Shown: positions 29,449 through 35,984 of the stretch, one piece after another | How the letters are laid out: every line of letters starts with the position of its first letter | Position numbering within the stretch: the stretch's first letter is position 1 | DNA from: a virus | Reading direction: 5' to 3' (one strand) | Length of the DNA stretch: 64,000 bases | Virus record (IMG/VR): IMGVR_UViG_3300037042_004723 | Span: 64,001 to 128,000 of that record | Translations under genes and position numbers: made by a program | Notes under the pieces: generated by a model | What the model saw: the letters and a program-made list of their open reading frames with translations, nothing else | The model's database searches: none | Told to the model about the DNA's origin: nothing

Positions 29449-29536
29449 TGGTGGAAGACAGAGGACTCGAACCTCAAGCCCGTCAGGGCTCCAACCGCCT
29501 TCCGGGCAGGTCAGGACCATGGCCTGTTTATCTTCC
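29449..29536 (-). tRNA. non-canonical 8/4 long-variable-arm tRNA, anticodon GGA (Ser-like)
   Basis: 8-bp acceptor GGAAGATA/TGTCTTCC; 4-bp T stem GAGG/CCTC; variable arm GAGCCC-TGAC-GGGCTT; A-CCA end. Confidence 0.8.
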
Positions 29537-29752
29537 ATGACGACGTTTTTTATCTGGGAGCGGGATGAGCTTGGCGATGGCTCCGCCTTTGATCGGCTTG
29601 CCGGCGGGGGGGTGGCGGATATGCGCCCATCTCTCTCTGGGCGGATCTCTTTTCACTTCCGTCGTGTGACCACATTGCTGGCAGTAGGTGATCATCGCTT
29701 CACCGGTCCGGTGAACATCGACGTGTTCGTATCCGCATTTGTCGCAAATCAA
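29528..29752 (-). CDS. small zinc-ribbon protein
   Basis: MICDKCG...YCQQCG. Confidence 0.55.
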   Translation of the reverse strand: MICDKCGYEHVDVHRTGEAMITYCQQCGHTTEVKRDPPRERWAHIRHPPAGKPIKGGAIAKLIPLPDKKRRHGR

Positions 29753-30406
29753 TCCCAGTCACCCCGCAGGTACTTTTTTAGCTGCCACTGTTTCCCGAGG
29801 ACGTGATCTGTCACGACTCCATCCTGGGATCTGATGGTCCGGCGCTTGTCTGCCCGCATTCCCGACCCCACTTGCTCTCTGCGTGACGACGACAGGGCTG
29901 ACGACCTTTGCTCGTTTGCAGCATCCCATATTCTTGCTCGCAATATCTCCAGGGCGGTTTCTTTGTTGCTGTGCTGAGAGCGCTCAGATTCACAGCGTAC
30001 AGAGATTCCGGTGGGGACATGAGTCAGTTGCACGGCACTGTTGGTGACGTTGCGGTGCTGCCCTCCGGCGCCAGATCCACGGCAGAAGTTCCACTCCAGA
30101 TCGTCGTCTCGAACGACTACTTGGGTAGCAGTTGGCTCAGGAAGAACGGCCACCGTAATCGTGGAAGTTTGCATTCTTCCACCGGATTTCTCCTGCCAGC
30201 GGTGTCCACCCGATTCGTTGGCAAACGCTACATTAGCGCCCTTGCCAGATACCCTGAAGACGATGAGTCCAGGGCGCTCGGTCAGAAGTTCGACGCTAAA
30301 GACACCTCCGGCTCCCCATCTTTGCGTAAATGGAGAACTGGTCTTGAACGAGGCGCTTCGAGTGATCTCCGCCCTCACCACTTCGGATTTCTACTATTGC
30401 CGACAC
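29749..30406 (-). CDS. miniature class-I peptide chain release factor expressed through a programmed +1 frameshift (about 218 aa)
   Basis: frame 0 (30406-30299) VSAIVEIRSGEGGDHSKRLVQDQFSIYAKMGSRRCL; +1 frame (30297-29749) SVELLTERPG...NESGGHRWQ...TSTITVAVLPE...GSGAGGQHRNVTNSAVQLTHVPTG...ERSQHSNK. Confidence 0.9.
30295..30309 (-). promoter_or_regulatory. prfB-type +1 ribosomal frameshift signal with a UAG stop
   Basis: GGAGG (30309-30305), TGT, CTT (30301-30299), TAG (30298-30296), C. Confidence 0.88.
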
Positions 30407-30427
30407 TGTGGGACGAGCCTAGCATAG

Positions 30428-30598
30428 TTAGAATTCGATAACTATGACTGTAGACTTCGCGGGCTCATCCTGCTGCATCGGGCGCTCTTCTTCGTAGAAT
30501 GGCGCTTCAATCTGCAGTGGTTGCTGAATGTTCTTCTGAGGGCAACTGGGACAGAAGCGCCAAGCTGGCCTTGCGTGGGGGCACAGTGGAATCTGCAT
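30428..30598 (-). CDS. small hypothetical protein (not in ORF track)
   Basis: manual translation MQIPLCPHARPAWRFCPSCPQKN...VIEF; GAGG upstream. Confidence 0.55.
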   Translation of the reverse strand: MQIPLCPHARPAWRFCPSCPQKNIQQPLQIEAPFYEEERPMQQDEPAKSTVIVIEF

Positions 30599-30637
30599 GC
30601 CTCAAGTATACCCCTGGCTAACTTGGCGTGCCTCAGT

Positions 30638-30671
30638 AAGCTAGTGCGTCTACCAACTCCGCCACGATGGC
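30638..30671 (-). pseudogene. 5' half of a tRNA-Leu-like gene
   Basis: GCCATCG-TG-GCGGAGTTGGTAGACGC-A-CTAGC-TT; no matching 3' half found. Confidence 0.6.
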
Positions 30672-30878
30672 TTAAGACTCGTATCCCTTGGTGCCACGAC
30701 GTGGAATATTCTCCTCGCCTGGCGCCTTGGTCTTCAGCTGAAGCTTGGCCTGATTACGCAGGTACCTGTTGGCGCCCTTCTTGGCCAGCTTCACGCCCTC
30801 GCCCGGCTGGCTCCATTTATCAATGGCTCCACGCTGAGCGCCTTCGAGTCGGATGGCTTCGATAAGTTCACGGAACAT
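30672..30878 (-). CDS. small basic protein with MFRELIE N-terminal motif (leaderless)
   Basis: TTGACT 30913, TAGTTT 30890, ATG 30878. Confidence 0.65.
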   Translation of the reverse strand: MFRELIEAIRLEGAQRGAIDKWSQPGEGVKLAKKGANRYLRNQAKLQLKTKAPGEENIPRRGTKGYES

Positions 30879-30919
30879 GAACTGAAACTATGCCATCAGA
30901 TCTACGAAGTCAAACACGG

Positions 30920-30992
30920 TGCGTGGGAAGGGATTCGAACCCTCAAACATCTGACCCTAAATCAGACCGCTCACCAGCTGGCGTACCCACGA
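30920..30992 (-). tRNA. tRNA-Leu(TAG), short variable loop, overlapping the upstream tRNA
   Basis: TCGTGGG/CCCACGC; TCTGA-TTTAGGG-TCAGA; GAGGG-TTCGAAT-CCCTT. Confidence 0.8.
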
Positions 30993-31058
30993 CCGGATTC
31001 GAACCGGCACTTTACCCGTCTTAAGCGGGTTGCTTCTACCAAATTGAGCTACGCGGGC
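30984..31058 (-). tRNA. tRNA-Leu(TAA), short variable loop
   Basis: GCCCGCG/CGTGGGT; ACCCG-CTTAAGA-CGGGT; GCCGG-TTCGAAT-CCGGT. Confidence 0.85.
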
Positions 31059-31063
31059 GTCTG

Positions 31064-31267
31064 CTAGTTCCAGCGGCTCACGGATAAGGCGGTCTTCTTG
31101 ACCATAATCCGTGCGCCATGACGAAAGAACGTCGTCTCTCCATCGTAAGAGTCGGCATCAGCCAAAGCGCGAGCAGCTGCGGATTTGGGGCCCATGACCC
31201 GCGCCGTAGCCTCAAGGACGCTGCGAGGAATCTCGGTCATGTGCTTTTCCTTGGCCATTCTGCTCAA
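31064..31267 (-). CDS. hypothetical protein
   Basis: ORF track. Confidence 0.5.
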   Translation of the reverse strand: MSRMAKEKHMTEIPRSVLEATARVMGPKSAAARALADADSYDGETTFFRHGARIMVKKTALSVSRWN

Positions 31268-31530
31268 TTGACTGGGGTCGTATTGAAGCCCATGGCCATG
31301 AGCTTATCACGAAGCATCCGGTCGTTTATGTCTGGCTCTGAGACCGTACGGGCGGCCAATTCGATGAACCCGATGAGCGAATCGTTGTTCAGGTTGTCAA
31401 TGCGAGGCCCTGTATGAACGATAGTATCATGCAAGAGTCCAAAACAACGCGCCTTGCGCTCGCTGCTTGCGTTGTCCCGCATCTCCGCCATGTGGAGATG
31501 CATCGTCTTGACTTTTTCCTGAATCGTCAT
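31264..31530 (-). CDS. hypothetical protein
   Basis: ORF track; starts just after tRNA-Val. Confidence 0.55.
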   Translation of the reverse strand: MTIQEKVKTMHLHMAEMRDNASSERKARCFGLLHDTIVHTGPRIDNLNNDSLIGFIELAARTVSEPDINDRMLRDKLMAMGFNTTPVN

Positions 31531-31535
31531 CTCGG

Positions 31536-31606
31536 TACTCCCAGAAGGAATCGAACCATCGTCAACGGCATGTAAAACCGTCGCACTACCATTGTGCTAT
31601 GGGAGC
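31536..31606 (-). tRNA. tRNA-Val(TAC)
   Basis: GCTCCCA/TGGGAGT; ACGGT-TTTACAT-GCCGT; GATGG-TTCGATT-CCTTC. Confidence 0.88.
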
Positions 31607-31706
31607 AGATTCTCAGGCTTTCGCCTGATTGTCTAATTTTTAGCGCGTAACGTAAAGCAAATCACTGATATTATAGCTGATCAGTTCTAGCCACTTGATT
31701 TCCGCC

Positions 31707-32015
31707 TTAGTCAAATTCTTGTGGGCCCGCCAGGTCTGAGATTGGTTCAAAAGTATTTAGAAACATCGGCGTCTTCTCGCCCACCCAGGCGTCATCGACG
31801 TTGAAGCTGAAGAACTCCTCGGCGTCCTCTTCGGTCATGCCGTCCCTGGCGATCAGGATGGCGATGCATTTCTCGCGGTCGTAGCAAGCGACCGGTTCGC
31901 GCATCTTTCCGTAGACGACGCCGATAAAGGCGTTCTCGAATCCATCGGCAAGCATAAATTCCTCTTCGCCATGGAATTCTTCGAAATAGGACTGAATCTG
32001 TTCTTTGGTAGCCAT
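31707..32015 (-). CDS. conserved phage hypothetical protein
   Basis: LADGFENAFIG...ACYDREKCIAIL..RDGMTEEDAEEFFSFNV..AWVGEKTP motif familiar from phage genomes. Confidence 0.75.
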   Translation of the reverse strand: MATKEQIQSYFEEFHGEEEFMLADGFENAFIGVVYGKMREPVACYDREKCIAILIARDGMTEEDAEEFFSFNVDDAWVGEKTPMFLNTFEPISDLAGPQEFD

Positions 32016-32017
32016 CG

Positions 32018-32090
32018 TGGCAGCGGGGAGTTCCGACCTCCTGCACCGTACGCCTTATGAGAGCGTCGTCCTGACCCGCAGGTCGCTGCC
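32018..32090 (-). tRNA. atypical tRNA-like element with CAT anticodon
   Basis: perfect 7-bp acceptor GGCAGCG/CGCTGCC; ACGCT-CTCATAA-GGCGT; aberrant T loop GTCGGAA and D arm. Confidence 0.55.
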
Positions 32091-32101
32091 AAAGTCTGTC
32101 G

Positions 32102-32175
32102 TGGGCCTGCTTGGAATCGAACCAAGCTTATTCATCGATTATGAGTCAAGTGCCATACCACTAGGCGACAGGCCC
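32102..32175 (-). tRNA. tRNA with CAT anticodon (Ile2 or elongator Met)
   Basis: GGGCCTG/CAGGCCC; CTCATAA loop; CTTGG-TTCGATT-CCAAG. Confidence 0.85.
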
Positions 32176-32263
32176 ATCGCCGGATCACGGGTACCTTGCA
32201 GCCTGCCCATTGTCAAGAACCGTCGGTTGTCAGGTTGGTCCGACTTGTAGTACTACATAGATC

Positions 32264-32581
32264 ATGTTCAGGCTGCTGATCAGCGAGTGCCGCGCCTCCC
32301 TCTCGGAGTCGATCGAGAAGTCAGGTGAGACCTTCGCCGGATTCAACAAGCCCAAGCGGACACCTGAACACCCCAAGAAGTCTCATGCCGTCCTCGCCAA
32401 GGACGGCCATGGTACGAAGCTAATCCGATTCGGCCAGCAGGGCGTCTCAGGCTCTCCCAAGAAGCAGGGCGAGTCAGACGCCTACCGCAGTCGCCGAGAG
32501 TCATTTAAGGCCCGACACGCGAAGAACATCAGCAAGGGCAAGACGTCAGCTGCTTACTGGGCCGACAAGGTGAAGTGGTAA
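32264..32581 (+). CDS. conserved basic phage protein with MFRLLISE N-terminal motif
   Basis: KLIRFGQQGVSGS...SFKARHAKN...SAAYWADKVKW. Confidence 0.8.
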   Translation: MFRLLISECRASLSESIEKSGETFAGFNKPKRTPEHPKKSHAVLAKDGHGTKLIRFGQQGVSGSPKKQGESDAYRSRRESFKARHAKNISKGKTSAAYWADKVKW

Positions 32582-32602
32582 CCGCTATGATTCGAGGAAA
32601 TC

Positions 32603-33106
32603 ATGTTTAAGTCTCTCATCTCCGAGTGCCTCGCCTACCTCTCCGAAGCAGGCGAGGAGAACCAGCCCGTCAAGGCGCCCAGGAAGCACAAGCATGATCG
32701 AGCCGCCGAGCGGACTGGTCACCTCTTGAACACACCACTTTCGAGCATGTCTCGCAGGAAGATGCTCAAGACGATCCCCCACCTGCACCACCACTTCGAG
32801 AAGGGGCACGGCAAGGGCGAGGGAGACTACCGAACGGTAGACCTGGATGACCTGAATACCCTTAGCAAGCATGCTGAGCAGATCTCCAACGACGCGAATG
32901 CAATCATGCGGATGCCTGGACCGGCGCACCACCTGGCTGGTCACCTCTGCAAGCATGTTGCGAGCGCTCACGAGCGGATGAGCAAGTACTGGACTGACAA
33001 CAGTGACAACGAGTCCGCCGAGCTTCACGGAAGCGAGAGCGCCAAGTATGGCGACATGGCCAAGCACCATCACAAGGTTTCCAAGCGCCACGGGTACGGT
33101 TACTAG
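32603..33106 (+). CDS. His-rich protein with MFKSLISE N-terminal motif
   Basis: ORF track; shared N-terminus with 32264-32581. Confidence 0.7.
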   Translation: MFKSLISECLAYLSEAGEENQPVKAPRKHKHDRAAERTGHLLNTPLSSMSRRKMLKTIPHLHHHFEKGHGKGEGDYRTVDLDDLNTLSKHAEQISNDANAIMRMPGPAHHLAGHLCKHVASAHERMSKYWTDNSDNESAELHGSESAKYGDMAKHHHKVSKRHGYGY

Positions 33107-33179
33107 TCCGCCGAGATGGACTTGAACCAGCAACCTATCGCTTATAGGGCAGCCGCTATATCCATTGAGCTATGGGATC
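33107..33179 (-). pseudogene. degenerate/chimeric tRNA (TAT loop)
   Basis: D arm and TTCAAGT loop are present, but acceptor and anticodon stems do not pair. Confidence 0.55.
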
Positions 33180-33187
33180 AGAAAGGT

Positions 33188-33299
33188 GACTCTCCACGTC
33201 CGAAGTGTTTATCGGCCGCTGGCTTGCGCCAACCATGCCCGGTCGACCAAGCCTTGCGGCTCACCGACTCCGGGATCTACCCTCGCCTGGTAAAGAGTC
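33188..33299 (-). ncRNA. unassigned structured RNA candidate
   Basis: closing stem GACTCTTT/GGAGAGTC; two GCAA-tetraloop hairpins (33249-33262, 33218-33233). Confidence 0.5.
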
Positions 33300-33442
33300 T
33301 AAAAAGAGGGGCCGCCGCCCCGGATGTTTAATGTGCGCGGGACCCTAGGTTCGACCGACGCAAGCGCTTGCGCTGCTATTGCGTGAGAAGTGCTCGATGC
33401 TGTTTTGGATGATAACCATCGGACTCCGGCTCACCTAAAATG

Positions 33443-33715
33443 TCAGGCCTCTGCGGTTCCGATCGGAATCTGGAAGGAGAGTCCCTCCCCTTCCAGGAAT
33501 CTCGCGTGGAGGCGGTTGATCAGCTGGTCGAAGGTGAAGCTGTCATCTGACGAGCCAACGTGCGTGTGGTCCTCGCCGATGTAGAGGGTGATGGCATTCC
33601 CTCCCCAGTCTGGCCCGAACGAGACAACTGGAGCCGTTGGATCTTTGCCGGCTGCGGCATCGCAGAGCCGGACAATCTCTTTCAGTATCTCTTCGCATTT
33701 CTCAGCTGTCGTCAT
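33443..33715 (-). CDS. hypothetical protein
   Basis: ATG 33715 just after tRNA-Glu. Confidence 0.6.
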   Translation of the reverse strand: MTTAEKCEEILKEIVRLCDAAAGKDPTAPVVSFGPDWGGNAITLYIGEDHTHVGSSDDSFTFDQLINRLHARFLEGEGLSFQIPIGTAEA

Positions 33716-33717
33716 CG

Positions 33718-33790
33718 TGACCCCGGTGAGAATTGAACTCAACGTCTTCGCTGTGAAAGAGCGACGTACTAACCATTATACGACGGGGCC
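33718..33790 (-). tRNA. tRNA-Glu(TTC)
   Basis: GGCCCCG/CGGGGTC; TCGCT-CTTTCAC-AGCGA; TTCAATT T loop. Confidence 0.85.
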
Positions 33791-33802
33791 GTGATTGTCA
33801 CG

Positions 33803-33873
33803 AGCGTACCGAGGGAGTTCAACCGAGGTCGATCGCTTACAAGGCGATCATTCCGCCACCGAACTACTCCACA
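33803..33873 (-). pseudogene. degenerate/chimeric tRNA-Thr(TGT)
   Basis: intact ATCGC-CTTGTAA-GCGAT arm and D arm; T stem and acceptor unpaired. Confidence 0.55.
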
Positions 33874-34074
33874 GTAAGATCGTGTATATTCAAGTCTATG
33901 AACGACAAGCGAAAGCAAAGCCTCTACTTCCCAGAAGACATGCTGGCGGAGGTCCAGGCCGAAGCCACTCGCCTGGACCGCTCGCTCTCTTGGGTGGTCC
34001 AGCGCGCCTGGACCCTCTCAAGGGAGAAGCTGAAGGAGATCCCTTCAATCAACCAGCCAACAGAGACAGACTAG

Positions 34075-34148
<74 letters not shown>

Positions 34149-34353
34149 GGTCAGACTCTGCGCAAAAATCTGCGAATAGTCAAGGCCGAGGTGATGTCCA
34201 GCTGTAAGTATATGAATTCATAATATACACCGTAGCGTAGGGCGCGGTGTCTTACACGTGGTTGATAGGTGAACGGACCGTTACATTACTGACAACACTT
34301 GCTTTACCCTGCATTGTTGGCATAATCAAGGTCATCCCAACAGGGAGGCCCCT

Positions 34354-34680
34354 ATGAAGTACACACGAGTTCTCATCGCGAAGGTTGCCCTTCGAGTCGC
34401 TTCGGAAGACGAGGTCTTCTGGGTGGAGAAGTGCATCAAGGAAGGCTGCGGCTGTGCGGAGGAGATCAAGAACATCCGTGCGCTCTCCAGCCTGCCCAGG
34501 ACGCACTCCTGCGTCGAGGATGCGGCCCTGATCGTTATCGCTGACAAGAACAAGATGTCCATGTCCGACGAGGACCACATCTTGTCCTGTGGGCGCTGCG
34601 CAAGGATTGGTCAGTACATCGCCAGCATGCCGTTCCCGGCCACCCCCGCCCAGACGAGGTCGCTAGCCCTGGCCGGGTAA
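34354..34680 (+). CDS. Cys-rich hypothetical protein
   Basis: ORF track; GGGAGG RBS. Confidence 0.6.
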   Translation: MKYTRVLIAKVALRVASEDEVFWVEKCIKEGCGCAEEIKNIRALSSLPRTHSCVEDAALIVIADKNKMSMSDEDHILSCGRCARIGQYIASMPFPATPAQTRSLALAG

Positions 34681-34703
34681 CGCTTCCACGACCAGTGGCC
34701 GAC

Positions 34704-34742
34704 GGCCAGCAAGCCTAGAGATAGTCCTGCTGGCCTTTTTTG
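34704..34742 (+). terminator. intrinsic terminator
   Basis: GGCCAGCA...TGCTGGCC followed by a T run. Confidence 0.65.
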
Positions 34743-34794
34743 TTTTCTACAATGTCTCTAGACAATTGGATCTGTTATCGATAGCGTGGCTGCG

Positions 34795-35067
34795 ATGAAG
34801 GCTCTGCTAGCGCTAGCAATGGCTGGGTTACTAGTCGTTGCGACGATCGGGCTATCCGGCGAGGGGGCCGTCTGGACCAGATACGTTGGCGCAGGGATGG
34901 TGTTCGCTCTGCTGATGCTGATCTTGACCGGGGTATCGAACATCCCAAGCACGACAGATCTCAAGAAAATGATGATGGGCGCTGATCCTACTATGGCTCC
35001 GAAGTCCATGCCGGTCGTTCCCGACGACGATGACGAGCTTCCTAGCCGGCGCAGCGCCCGCAACTGA
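34795..35067 (+). CDS. small membrane protein (leaderless)
   Basis: TAGACA 34759, TAGCGT 34782, ATG 34795; two hydrophobic segments. Confidence 0.6.
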   Translation: MKALLALAMAGLLVVATIGLSGEGAVWTRYVGAGMVFALLMLILTGVSNIPSTTDLKKMMMGADPTMAPKSMPVVPDDDDELPSRRSARN

Positions 35068-35687
35068 TGTCGAGTCGCATTCTTATACTTGACGTCGATG
35101 CTGACAAATACGACGGCATCGTAGAGGCGCTTCGCAAGAAGCCTTCGGTCCGCGTCGTGTCCATGGACCGCGAGGCCCGCAGGCACCTTCGTGAGTGCCC
35201 GGCGTGCTGTCGGAAGCTGTCCAAGGAATCGGCATTTACGATCGACGAGAAGATCATCGACGCCCTGATCAAGGTCACGCAGCGGATGCGGGTCGCCAAG
35301 ACCGTCGTCTTGGTGAACGAGGACAATCCGCAATCCGCCTTGTCATCCATGGAGCACGAGCGATGCGTCGAGGTAGACGCTGTGGTTGCTCAGCGTGCGG
35401 TAACCCTGGGCCTCCTGAAGCCGTTTATGGACGGCGCCCGGCTGACTCACTACGTCAGTGCGTCCGGGCTGGAATTCCTGTCGGGTAACAAGCCAGCCTC
35501 GCCCTGCACGATGCATGTGCTCGATGGCGAGGTCGTGGAGACCAGCGGAGAGATGATGATCGAGAACGTAAAATTCAAGGATGTCCACCGAGCGACATCC
35601 GTAGCCAGAGATGGGGCCAGGGCTGTGAAGGCCATCCCCCAGCACGTGACGAACTTCGTAATTAACGGCCAGATGAGCCTTATTTAA
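35067..35687 (+). CDS. hypothetical protein
   Basis: ORF track; TGATG overlap; CPACC. Confidence 0.65.
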   Translation: MSSRILILDVDADKYDGIVEALRKKPSVRVVSMDREARRHLRECPACCRKLSKESAFTIDEKIIDALIKVTQRMRVAKTVVLVNEDNPQSALSSMEHERCVEVDAVVAQRAVTLGLLKPFMDGARLTHYVSASGLEFLSGNKPASPCTMHVLDGEVVETSGEMMIENVKFKDVHRATSVARDGARAVKAIPQHVTNFVINGQMSLI

Positions 35688-35691
35688 GAGG

Positions 35692-35973
35692 ATGGCGATG
35701 ACGAAATCAGATTTGATCCGATGGGTTTCCGTGAAGACCGAGATTTCTTACCCCGAGGCAGAGGTGGCGGTTAACGCCTTCTTTGATACAATGACAACCG
35801 CTCTTAAGGAGAACCGGCGCGTCGAGCTTCGTGGATTTGGATCGTTCTCCGTCAGGGACTACGACGGCTACATGGGCCGCAACCCACGCACCGGGGAGAC
35901 GGTCAACGTCGCCCCCAAGAAGATGCCGTTCTTCAAGGTCGGCAAGGAACTACGCGAAGCGGTCAACGGCTAA
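35692..35973 (+). CDS. ihfB: integration host factor beta-like
   Basis: MTKSDLI; VELRGFGSFSVR; GRNPRTGETV; PFFKVGKELREAVN. Confidence 0.9.
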   Translation: MAMTKSDLIRWVSVKTEISYPEAEVAVNAFFDTMTTALKENRRVELRGFGSFSVRDYDGYMGRNPRTGETVNVAPKKMPFFKVGKELREAVNG

Positions 35974-35984
35974 GGAGAATTCAG

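Noticed and set aside
29449-29536. tRNA-Sec (selC)
   Set aside because: The ends resemble selC, but the anticodon is GGA not TCA and the fold is 8/4 rather than 8/5.
30298-30381. ORF-track N-terminus MVRAEITRSASF... for the release factor
   Set aside because: It has no similarity to release factors, whereas the overlapping frame encodes the conserved EIRxGxGG helix.
30428-30671. Intron-containing tRNA-Leu or permuted tmRNA
   Set aside because: No 3' exon or T arm follows, and the interval is explained by a small ORF with an RBS.
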